Both the position numbers and the translations under genes were made by a program. A stretch of 24,000 nucleotides of DNA from Skermanella cutis (lineage in GTDB: Bacteria; Pseudomonadota; Alphaproteobacteria; Azospirillales; Azospirillaceae), in NCBI RefSeq assembly GCF_016653635.2, contig NZ_CP067420.1, positions 936,594 to 960,593 of the forward strand. Direction: 5' to 3'. Shown here piece after piece: positions 8,501-15,435 of this stretch. The notes under the pieces are model-generated. The model was not told the DNA's origin. It saw only the letters and a list, made by a program, of their open reading frames with translations, and ran no database searches. Numbering within the stretch: position 1 is the stretch's first letter; each line of letters starts with the position of its first letter.

Positions 8501-8995
8501 CTCCAGCAGGACGCGGCGCTCGGTCGGCTTGGCGTTGATGAGGGTGCCGATGCGGCCCTGGCTGACCAATGCCGGGGAATTGGCGCCGCTGGCATTGTCG
8601 GCGAACAGCAACTGGACGTCGCGGGCGCGCACCAGCTTGCCGTTGATCCGGTAGTCGGACCCGGAGCCGCGCTCGATCCTGCGCTGGATCTCCAGGTCGT
8701 CGAACTCGTTGAAGCCGGCGGGGGCGGTGCGCCGCGAGTTGTCCACCCCCAGCGTCACCTCGGCGATGTTGCGGGCCGGCCGCCTGTCGGTCCCGCCGAA
8801 GATGACGTCGTCCATGTCGTCGCCGCGCATCTTCTTGGCCGAGGTCTCGCCCATGACCCAGCGGAGCGCCTCGACCAGGTTGGACTTGCCGCAGCCGTTG
8901 GGACCGACGATGCCGGTCATGCCCGGCTCGATCACCAGTTCGGTGGGGTCGACGAACGACTTGAAGCCGGAGATGCGGAGCTTGACGAACTGCAC
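5534..8995 (-). CDS. smc: Chromosome segregation protein SMC
   Basis: 1153 aa. It has the N-terminal Walker A (GPNGCGKSNLVEALRWVMGE), long Ala/Glu/Arg-rich coiled coils and a central hinge. The C-terminus carries the signature motif LSGGE and Walker B (CVLDEVDAPLDEAN). Confidence 0.95.
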   Translation of the reverse strand: MQFVKLRISGFKSFVDPTELVIEPGMTGIVGPNGCGKSNLVEALRWVMGETSAKKMRGDDMDDVIFGGTDRRPARNIAEVTLGVDNSRRTAPAGFNEFDDLEIQRRIERGSGSDYRINGKLVRARDVQLLFADNASGANSPALVSQGRIGTLINAKPTERRVLLEEAAGITGLHSRRHEAELRLKAAEANLMRLDDVIVTMDAQLGTLRKQARQASRYRNLSEQVRRTEAVLLHIRWIAAQAALAAARLAFNDAEVLVRDRMGEVAAETTRRAADAEGLPRLRQAEAQAAQALQRLVIAREALDAEEKRVAEARTANQRRLAQVATDLARERALAEDAGTALARLADERDGLVEEQGDEAAVEEAARESLAEARERVEALDRELTALTERTAADDARRTALQRQSADLDQRLATATRRLDEQQRQRAALEAELASRPDIEAAEQAVAAAEEALDLARDRAEAAEHAKAAAEAAQARSRDALQAADGARARLKAEETALSELLESGSGDLFPPLIDAVAVAPDYEVAIAAALGDGLTAPLDEAAAVHWRAHPALDRTAPLPAGAEPLASRVKAPPALARCLDHIGVVAGAEEGNALAPTLLPGQILVTRDGASWRWDGLSVAAGAPTAAAIRLKQRNRLAELRLELESAEDTSVHAREEFEAARTAASEAAAQERRCRDAVRDAFGAVGRTRDQHAKLAQAAAAAASRLTALAEAVDRLDADRREAERQVAEARAALDALPESGRARERVAELRATLAETRADLAGRQNALDRTLREAQGRRQRLAAIEAERRGWTNRSDGADERLAELMERAETAKAELEELAGRPDEIEAERADLATRIADAERVRKRAADTLNEAEATLAATEKRLKQAETGLGDAREARVRAEAAVASARQTLEAVRERIAEKLECAPEQTAALADLPPGEPLPDPAGIEARLEKLARERENMGPVNLLAEAEAAELDQQIAGMQSERADLVAAIGRLRQGISSLNREARERLLASFETVDRHFQDMFVRLFGGGKAYLKLTEAEDPLDAGLEIYASPPGKRLQVLSLLSGGEQALTALSLLFAVFLTNPAPICVLDEVDAPLDEANVDRFCTLVEEMARVGATRFLIITHHRLTMARMDRLFGVTMGERGVSQLVSVDLRRAEELRGAA

Positions 8996-9053
8996 GGCGC
9001 GGCCGACCCCAATCCTGTCCGGTACCTGCTGCGATTGCCCGCCCGAGCGCCGC

Positions 9054-9839
9054 TCAGGAACCCAGCTTGTCGAGCACGCGGGCGAACTCGGCGATCGGCT
9101 GGGCGCCCACGATCTTCTCCGTGGCGTCGCCGCGCAGGATCACGAAGGTCGGCGTGGACTGGACCTGGTACTTCTGCTCGGCTTCCAGCCGGCGCTCGAT
9201 CAGCTTGTTGGCCAGCGCCTCGTTGCCCATGCAGGCCTGGAACTGCTGCTCGCCGACGCCCGCCAGCTTGCCGGTCTGGGCCAGCGCCTGGGCCGGATCG
9301 CTGGCGCCGGCCCACTTGTTCTGGCTCTTGAACAGCACGTCGAGGAAGCCGAAGTACCGCTCCGGGTTGGAGCAGCGGGCCAGCATGCTCGCCTGGAGCG
9401 CCGCCCGGTCGAACGGAAAGTCCCGGAACACCAGCTTGGCCTTGCCGGTGTCGATGTAGTCCTTCTTCAGCTGCGGCAGCGTGTTGGCGTGGAAGCTGGC
9501 GCAGTGCGGGCAGGTCAGCGAGGAATATTCCAGGATCGTGATCGGCGCGTTGGGGTCGCCCAGCACGCGCTCGCTCAGCGGGTCGTTCTTCTCGGCGGCC
9601 TGCGCCACCTGGGCCTGGGCCGCCTGGCCCTGGGCGAGCTGGGCCTGGACCACCTGGGTCGGCTTCGGCGTGGAGTCGTCGTCCGGGACGGTCCCGGCCT
9701 GCGCGGGCGCGATGACTTCGGGTGCCGGTTTCTCCTTGGCGATGACGCCGGTGTTCACGAGGCCGACGCCGGCCCCAACAGCGACCACGGCGACCATGGC
9801 CAATCCCAGCATATAGCGGCGCAAGATGCCCTCCTGCAT
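9054..9839 (-). CDS. DsbA-family thiol:disulfide oxidoreductase (thioredoxin fold, membrane-anchored or exported)
   Basis: N-terminal hydrophobic segment followed by the CPHC active site (EYSSLTCPHCASFH). The position between smc and the DUF721 gene matches conserved alphaproteobacterial synteny. Confidence 0.85.
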   Translation of the reverse strand: MQEGILRRYMLGLAMVAVVAVGAGVGLVNTGVIAKEKPAPEVIAPAQAGTVPDDDSTPKPTQVVQAQLAQGQAAQAQVAQAAEKNDPLSERVLGDPNAPITILEYSSLTCPHCASFHANTLPQLKKDYIDTGKAKLVFRDFPFDRAALQASMLARCSNPERYFGFLDVLFKSQNKWAGASDPAQALAQTGKLAGVGEQQFQACMGNEALANKLIERRLEAEQKYQVQSTPTFVILRGDATEKIVGAQPIAEFARVLDKLGS

Positions 9840-9907
9840 ACAAGAGCTAGTGAGTATAAGGTCGGCCTACCCGATCGGGCAAGCGCTGGACGGGGTAAGG
9901 GGGCGAA

Positions 9908-10372
9908 TCAGGAACTCGTCTTGGCGTGGATCGCCCTTCCGAGCCGCACCAGCGCGTCGCGCAGGGTCGGATCCTCGACCGGACCGGCGGCCCGCTGGAT
10001 GCCGGCCTCCTCCTCCGGCGTCATGGGGCGCTGGACCTTGGGGCGCCGCGGCGCGCCGGGCAGGGGACCCTGGATCAGCTTGATCCGGTCGACGGCCCGG
10101 TAGCCGAAGAAGGCGTTGATCCGTTCGATCACCTGGGGTTCGGAGTGCTGCACGTCGAGAGCGGCGGCGCCTGAAACCTTGAGGTGCAGCGTGGCCCCCT
10201 CGCGCTGGCCGGGCGGGAAGGCCAGCTTCTGGGGCAGGGTGCTTCGGGCCAAGTCCGGCCCCATGATGGTCGGCCAGTCCGTGATCAGGGTGCCGAACGC
10301 CATGCCGCGCTTGCCCAGCGCCTTGCCGGCCACCTTGGGCACGATTCTGGCGAGTGGGCGGGGGGCTGCCAT
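9908..10372 (-). CDS. DUF721 domain-containing protein
   Basis: The ORF track extends to 10546, but I chose the ATG at 10372 (MAAPRPLARIVPKV...) because the upstream extension looks non-protein-like and runs into the mutY promoter and 5' end. The gene is divergent from mutY, as is usual for DUF721 genes. Confidence 0.7.
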   Translation of the reverse strand: MAAPRPLARIVPKVAGKALGKRGMAFGTLITDWPTIMGPDLARSTLPQKLAFPPGQREGATLHLKVSGAAALDVQHSEPQVIERINAFFGYRAVDRIKLIQGPLPGAPRRPKVQRPMTPEEEAGIQRAAGPVEDPTLRDALVRLGRAIHAKTSS

Positions 10373-10481
10373 TGGGGGATCTCCGAAACGTGAGGGACTG
10401 AAGCGGGTGGGTAAACGGAGCGCAGAGACTATTCTCATCGAAGCTATTGTTAAAGCACCTGTTGCGGGGCGACAACACACC

Positions 10482-11624
10482 ATGACATTGCACTCGGAAC
10501 CAAGCCTTTTCCCCGCGCCGCCGGCCCGGACCCCAGCCCGGATCATGGAACCGGACGAACTGGCCCGGTCGATGCTGGGCTGGTACGACCGGCACCGGCG
10601 CGTGCTGCCCTGGCGCGCGCCGGCCGGCAGGACCGCCGACCCCTACCATGTCTGGCTGTCGGAGATCATGCTCCAGCAGACCACGGTCGTCACCGTCGGA
10701 CCCTATTTCCAGGAACTCCTGCGGCGCTGGCCGACCGTCGCCGACCTGGCGGCGGCCGACCTCGACGCCGTCCTCCACGCCTGGGCGGGGCTCGGCTACT
10801 ACGCCCGGGCGCGCAACCTGCACAAGTGCGCCCGGGTGGTGGCCGACGGGCACGGCGGCCGGTTTCCCGATAATGAACAGGAATTGCGGCAACTTCCGGG
10901 CATCGGCGCCTATACCGCCGCGGCCGTCGCCGCCATCGCCTTCGACCGCCGCGCCACCGTGCTGGACGGCAACGTGGAACGCGTGATGGCGCGGCTTTTC
11001 GCGGTCGAGGAGCCGCTGCCGGCCTCCAAGGAGAAGCTCCGCGCGCTGGCCGACACCATCACGCCGGACCGGCGCCCCGGGGACTATGCCCAGGCCGTGA
11101 TGGACCTGGGCGCCACTGTCTGCACGCCGCGCAAGCCGAAATGCCCGCGATGCCCCTGGCACGACGGCTGCGCCGCCCGGGCCGCCGGCATCGCCGAATC
11201 GCTGCCGCGCAAGACGCCCAAGGCGGAGAAGCCGACCCGCCGCGGCACGGCGTTCTGGCTGCTCAACCCCGAAGGCGCGGTGCTGCTGCGCCGCCGCCCC
11301 GAGAGCGGGCTGCTGGGCGGCATGATCGAGGTGCCGTCGGGCGACTGGCTGGAGCGGCCGGCCCAGAGCCTGGCCGCGGCCTCGGTCCAGGCGCCGTTCG
11401 CTGCGTCCTGGCGGCTGCTGCCCGGGCTGGTCCGCCATACCTTCACCCATTTTCACCTGGAACTTCAGGTCGCGGCCGCCCGACTCGGCGCCGGGGATGG
11501 CGACGGCTGGATGCGGGCCGACGGCATCTGGGTGCCGGTCGACCGGCTGTCGGAACACGCCGTTCCCACGGTGATGCGCAAGGTGGTACGGCATGCGCTG
11601 GGCAGCATTGGAGTTCCCGAATGA
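10482..11624 (+). CDS. mutY: A/G-specific adenine DNA glycosylase MutY
   Basis: It has the HhH-GPD motifs (LPWR....DPY.VWLSEIMLQQT, LPGIGAYTAAAVAAIAF) and the 4Fe-4S cluster loop C-X6-C-X2-C-X5-C (CTPRKPKCPRCPWHDGC). A NUDIX-like C-terminal domain is also present. The start at 10482 (MTLHSEP) is uncertain; an alternative ATG lies at 10545. Confidence 0.9.
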   Translation: MTLHSEPSLFPAPPARTPARIMEPDELARSMLGWYDRHRRVLPWRAPAGRTADPYHVWLSEIMLQQTTVVTVGPYFQELLRRWPTVADLAAADLDAVLHAWAGLGYYARARNLHKCARVVADGHGGRFPDNEQELRQLPGIGAYTAAAVAAIAFDRRATVLDGNVERVMARLFAVEEPLPASKEKLRALADTITPDRRPGDYAQAVMDLGATVCTPRKPKCPRCPWHDGCAARAAGIAESLPRKTPKAEKPTRRGTAFWLLNPEGAVLLRRRPESGLLGGMIEVPSGDWLERPAQSLAAASVQAPFAASWRLLPGLVRHTFTHFHLELQVAAARLGAGDGDGWMRADGIWVPVDRLSEHAVPTVMRKVVRHALGSIGVPE

Positions 11625-12334
11625 TCCTCATCCGAAGCCTGGCCGCGGCCGTCCTCCTCCTGCTGGCCGGCGCCGCCGCACGGGCCGACCAGCCGGTCGA
11701 CCTTGAGTTGGTGATGGCCGTGGACGCGTCGGGCAGCATCACGACGGGCGCGCTGGAATTCCAGCTGCGCGGCCACGCGGCCGCCTTCCGCAGCGCCGAG
11801 GTGGCGGAGTCCCTGACCGTCGGCGGCACCCGGTCGGTCGCCGTCACGCTGGTCCAATGGGCGGGCCCCAACACCCTGGAGATCGTGGTGCCCTGGGCGC
11901 GGGTCGCGGACGCCGCCGACGCCAAGGCCTTCGCCGAACGGATCGGCGCGATGACACGGCCGCCCCTGGACGGCAGCACCGCCATGGGCAGCGCCATCGA
12001 CCGGGCGGCCGACCTGTTCGACGGCAACGGCTTCGAGGCGCCCCGCCGGATCATCGACATCTGCAGCAACGGCTTCAGCAACAGCGGCGTGGACGTCGAG
12101 GGTGCCCGCGACCGCGCCGTGGCCCGGGGCATCACCATCAACGCCCTGGCGATCCTGGACGAATACGACTGGCTGGAGGATTATTACGCGGAGAGCGTCA
12201 TCGGCGGCCCCTTCTCCTTCGTCCGCACCGCCGAGAACCGCGACAGCTTCGCCGAGGCCATCCTGCGCAAGCTGGTCGAGGAGATCGCGGGAGGGTACGG
12301 GGGGCTGGAACGGCGGCGGCTGGCGGCGCGGTGA
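11621..12334 (+). CDS. DUF1194 (vWA-like) domain protein, exported
   Basis: This is the internal ATG of ORF 11141..12334. It has a signal peptide (MILIRSLAAAVLLLLAGAAARA) followed by DLELVMAVDASGSI...IIDICSNGFSNSG...GITINALAI...YY...VIGGPFSFV, the typical DUF1194 pattern. The start overlaps the mutY stop (ATGA). Confidence 0.8.
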   Translation: MILIRSLAAAVLLLLAGAAARADQPVDLELVMAVDASGSITTGALEFQLRGHAAAFRSAEVAESLTVGGTRSVAVTLVQWAGPNTLEIVVPWARVADAADAKAFAERIGAMTRPPLDGSTAMGSAIDRAADLFDGNGFEAPRRIIDICSNGFSNSGVDVEGARDRAVARGITINALAILDEYDWLEDYYAESVIGGPFSFVRTAENRDSFAEAILRKLVEEIAGGYGGLERRRLAAR

Positions 12335-12447
12335 GTCGCGCTTTGAGGATCGGTCCTTGAAGCCATCGATTGCCTGGGCACTGTCCTGACGGAGGACATC
12401 ACGGTTTCAGGCGAACTGGGTTCTTCAGGGTGCTCTTGGACGTAACG

Positions 12448-13482
12448 TCAGGTGTTTGGAATCCAACCCTTGCTCTGCAGGGTCTGGAAGGCGATGCCGA
12501 TCTGGCGTGGAGAAAACCGCTTCTTGCGCTCGTTCCAGGCATAGGCCCTGGAAACCGCGGCTTCTCGGCTGACGGCATTCTCCTTGGTCGCTACCCAGTG
12601 CACCGTGGCGAGAAGTTCCAACCCGAATGGTGTCTCGAATCCTTCCACAAGCCGGGCGACGCGATCGAAGCGCACTCTCGTTTCTTGCTTGTCCGACAAG
12701 AAGGATCCGGCGTCCTTGACCGCGCCTGGAACCAGTTCGAGCTGCTTGTCCGGTGAGTCGCCGCCATCGGCGTAACCTGATACAAGGTGTCCTTCGACCG
12801 CGCGCAGAACATGCCGGAGATTTTCAGCATATGGGCCATACGGCCCTTTCGTGTACTGAAGCCGCAACGGTTCACCCGCTTCCTGCATGAAGTACATCAG
12901 CTTATGCAGTTCGATCAGTGTCACGAACGGATCCATCAGTCCGCCGAGATAGCGATGCATCAACGCCACGAGCGCAGCACGCCCAGGCGTCATGGCCGGA
13001 ATCTCGCGCGACTTAGTGGTGACGAGTGTATTGTTAGGTTCAAAGACGATCACCCGCAGATCATCGAAGCTGGACAAAGCTTCCACGATCCGTGGGCGCA
13101 CATCTGCCCAATCGAGTCCTCCAAGGCCGCTGCCGAGCGGCGGGATCGCGATCGAGCGAATGCCGCGTGCATGGATTTCTTCGACAAGCGCCTTCAAACC
13201 GGAGTCGATGTCTTCCATTCGGCTATTGCCACGCCAATGCCGCTTGGTAGGAAAGTTGATGATGAATCTCGGATTCGTGAGGGAGCGGGTTTCGAAGACG
13301 AACATATTGCCGGGCTGCACTTCGTCGCGTGCGCAAGCCGCTTCATAAGCTTTGAAATTTTCAGGAAACGCATTCTTGAACTGAAGGGCAATCCCCCGGC
13401 CCATGATTCCGACACAGTTGACTGTATTGACGATTGCTTCGACGTCTGCCGCCAAAATATCTCCTGTCCTGAAATTAATCAC
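12448..13482 (-). CDS. darG: DarG antitoxin: N-terminal macrodomain (DNA ADP-ribosyl glycohydrolase) plus C-terminal toxin-binding domain
   Basis: Macrodomain signature GDILAADVEAIVNTVNCVGIMGRGIALQFKNAFPEN....IINFPTKRHW...IAIPPLGSGLGG. The gene has a GTG start with a GGAGA Shine-Dalgarno sequence 6 nt upstream and begins 12 nt after the darT stop. The 344-aa size is typical of DarG. Confidence 0.9.
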   Translation of the reverse strand: MINFRTGDILAADVEAIVNTVNCVGIMGRGIALQFKNAFPENFKAYEAACARDEVQPGNMFVFETRSLTNPRFIINFPTKRHWRGNSRMEDIDSGLKALVEEIHARGIRSIAIPPLGSGLGGLDWADVRPRIVEALSSFDDLRVIVFEPNNTLVTTKSREIPAMTPGRAALVALMHRYLGGLMDPFVTLIELHKLMYFMQEAGEPLRLQYTKGPYGPYAENLRHVLRAVEGHLVSGYADGGDSPDKQLELVPGAVKDAGSFLSDKQETRVRFDRVARLVEGFETPFGLELLATVHWVATKENAVSREAAVSRAYAWNERKKRFSPRQIGIAFQTLQSKGWIPNT

Positions 13483-13494
13483 GGGTGTTCTCCA

Positions 13495-14130
13495 TCAATA
13501 GTACCAATCTTTTTTTACTTTCACTTTTGGTCTGTGCTCAGTTTTTCCTAGGGCTGCGATCGCACGGGTGCCAGTTCGTTCCGAGTATACGGCGACTCCC
13601 CTGACTAGCTCCCATGGGAAGTTCTCGTGCATAAGAAATTCTGCCATCTTGTGATCTCGGCAGGAAGCCCAGTTTCTTGCAGCAATCGCTGCCCAATTCA
13701 GCCTATCGAGATCAGCAAGATCATTGTAGAAATCAGCCGCCCGACTGGCCGCATTGATGTCCGTGAATGCCCAGCGACGCTCTTTGACGGCTGCCCAGGC
13801 TACAACCTCCTGCATGTCCGCTACGAGATGCACGACCGGTTCCTGACCATCCTTGTACGTTACATTGGGATGGTTGCGCTTAGAAATGACATAGAGCATC
13901 ACCGAGCGCGGGCAAAGATAGAAAGGAACGTAGTCGCCGACGTAGGTACCCGCATGGCAATCAACGGGCAGATGCAGTCGATCAGCCTTGATCTCGCTGT
14001 TTCCAATAACTGCCGCCCTCTGCCGCTTTACCATGACGGAGTCCGGCCACAAGCACCCGTCCGCGACTATCGACGCGAGATTATCCACGTGAACGATATG
14101 GTAGATCTTTGGACGATCAGGTATCGGCAT
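13495..14130 (-). CDS. darT: DarT toxin: DUF4433 ssDNA ADP-ribosyltransferase
   Basis: N-terminal IYHIVHVDNLASIV, then DYVPFYLCPRSVMLY, then KMAEFLMHENFPWELV with the conserved Glu, and a C-terminal KKDWYY. I recall the same motif order from characterised DarT proteins. It lies directly upstream of a macrodomain gene. Confidence 0.9.
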   Translation of the reverse strand: MPIPDRPKIYHIVHVDNLASIVADGCLWPDSVMVKRQRAAVIGNSEIKADRLHLPVDCHAGTYVGDYVPFYLCPRSVMLYVISKRNHPNVTYKDGQEPVVHLVADMQEVVAWAAVKERRWAFTDINAASRAADFYNDLADLDRLNWAAIAARNWASCRDHKMAEFLMHENFPWELVRGVAVYSERTGTRAIAALGKTEHRPKVKVKKDWYY

Positions 14131-14310
14131 TTCAGGCGGCTGTTCTCACATCACATGTCTTCGCCGACAGGCTTGTTGAGGATGGCTGCTCCGTCTTCCG
14201 CCGCCATCCCGTCCAGTTGCCCATTTATAGTGGCCCGGCCCAGTCAGAGTCGTTGAAAATCGTATGGCATGCCCCGGCGCCGATCGATGTCGGCTGGCCA
14301 GTGACCCACT

Positions 14311-15309
14311 TCACCCGGCGTCTTGCGCGTCGCTCGCCAGCACCGTCTCCTCCGTCAGCTTCGGCTTCGGGTCGGCAGGCGTCCGGCCGGGCGGGATCAG
14401 GCCGTCGCGCTGGCGCAGCAGGTTGTGGATCGCGGTCGCCGCGACCGCCGCCTGACCCATGGAGACGGAGATCTGGTTCAGCCCCTCCACCACGTCGCCC
14501 ACGGCGTAGAAGCCGGGGACGGAGGTTTGGCAGTGGCTGTCCACGGCCAGGCGGCCCTGGTTGTTCATGTCGGCGCCGAGCTGGCCGGCCAGCGTCGAGC
14601 GGGCCAGCGTGCCGAGGGCGGAATAGAGCGTGTCGAAGGCCAGCTCGGCGCCGCTCTTCAGGATCACCTTGGTGATCCGGCCGGCCTCCTCGGTCACCCG
14701 CTCCACCTGTTCCTCGACGATCGCGATGCCCAGGTCCGACAGCTTGGCACGGTCGTCGGCCGTCAGGTTCATCGGCGTGCCGAGCGTCAGCAGGGTCAGG
14801 TCCGACGTGTAGCCGCGGATGAACAGCACCTCGCCCAGGGCGTCGCGACCGTGGCCGATCACCGCCACCTTGCGGTCGATCACCTCGTAGGCGTCGCAGA
14901 TCGGGCAAACCCGGATCAGGCCGCGCTGCACCGTGTCGAACAGGTTGGGCAGGCGGGGCTGGTCGTCGATCACGCCGGTCGCCAGGATGACGGTCTCGGC
15001 GTCCAGCTCGACGCCGTCGGCGGTGGTGGCGCGGAAACCGCGGTCGCCCAGGCGGCGCAGCGAGGCGATCGAGCCCGTATCGATGCGGGCGCCGTATTGT
15101 CGGGCCTGGCACCGCATCCGCTCCAGCAGCTCGATGCCGTTGATGCCCTCCATGAAGCCCGCGTGGTTATGGGAGTTCGGGATCCAGGCGCATCGGCTCT
15201 TATCCTCGTCCACCACCAGGATGTCGCGCCTGTAGCGCACGAGATAGATGGCGGCCGTCAATCCGCCGGGGCCGCCGCCGACGATCAGGCAATCGAGCAT
15301 GCCGGACAT
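14311..15309 (-). CDS. NAD(P)/FAD-dependent oxidoreductase, thioredoxin-reductase-like, with a CPIC redox motif
   Basis: FAD motif CLIVGGGPGGLTAAIYL and a second Rossmann motif KVAVIGHGRDALGE. A CxxC (RVCPICDAYE) sits at the TrxR active-site position, and GFYAVGDV is present near the C-terminus. Confidence 0.85.
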   Translation of the reverse strand: MSGMLDCLIVGGGPGGLTAAIYLVRYRRDILVVDEDKSRCAWIPNSHNHAGFMEGINGIELLERMRCQARQYGARIDTGSIASLRRLGDRGFRATTADGVELDAETVILATGVIDDQPRLPNLFDTVQRGLIRVCPICDAYEVIDRKVAVIGHGRDALGEVLFIRGYTSDLTLLTLGTPMNLTADDRAKLSDLGIAIVEEQVERVTEEAGRITKVILKSGAELAFDTLYSALGTLARSTLAGQLGADMNNQGRLAVDSHCQTSVPGFYAVGDVVEGLNQISVSMGQAAVAATAIHNLLRQRDGLIPPGRTPADPKPKLTEETVLASDAQDAG

Positions 15310-15393
15310 GGTTTCCTGGACTCCAACGCTATGGCTGAAGCCATCAACGGGACTCGATGCCGGCCGTTCCCCCGCTACTTCGGGCAGGCGTGA

Positions 15394-15416
15394 CGCGCGG
15401 ATCCCGGTTCCGCGCG
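15394..15416 (-). terminator. Hairpin with an 8-bp perfect stem (CGCGCGGA / TCCGCGCG) and a 7-nt loop, downstream of glcB
   Basis: Inverted repeat about 20 nt past the glcB stop. There is no clear U-tract, so the call is tentative. Confidence 0.3.
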
Positions 15417-15435
15417 CCGTGCCCGCAAGCTTCTA

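Larger units (their letters stand above)
12335..14310. other. AT-richer genomic islet carrying darT-darG, inserted between the DUF1194 gene and the TrxR-like gene
   Basis: By eye the composition drops to near 50% GC against high-60s in the flanks (an estimate, not computed). Examples are runs such as caatagtaccaatctttttttactttcacttttgg. Codon usage in both genes lacks the strong GC3 bias of the neighbours. Confidence 0.6.

Noticed and set aside
5490-8995. Multiple long ORFs overlapping smc on both strands (e.g. 5940..7430 +, 6537..8288 -, 6914..8266 +, 7384..8244 +, 5651..6772 +)
   Set aside because: All are extremely Arg/Pro/Gly/Ala/Ser-rich low-complexity translations of the GC-rich, repetitive coiled-coil coding region of SMC. 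The SMC frame alone has Walker A/B, signature and hinge motifs.
8294-11594. Long ORFs 8294..9331 +, 8709..10103 +, 8932..9843 - and 9867..11594 -
   Set aside because: They are out-of-frame or antisense to smc, dsbA-like, DUF721 and mutY. They have no motifs and show shadow-frame composition.
12343-14183. Short words shared by both islet flanks as possible att-site direct repeats: TTGAGGAT (12343-12350 and about 14176-14183) and TTTCAGGCG (12405-12413 and 14130-14138)
   Set aside because: They are only 8-9 bp and not collinear, since their order is inverted between the two flanks. One overlaps the darT start codon. This is compatible with chance, and no integrase or transposase is present.
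12370-14256. Plus-strand ORFs inside the islet (12370..12756, 12787..13551, 13627..14256) as possible extra defence genes
   Set aside because: They are antisense to darG and darT, which have strong family signatures. Their translations contain no recognisable domains, and they are rich in the His/Arg/Cys/Ile typical of antisense frames.
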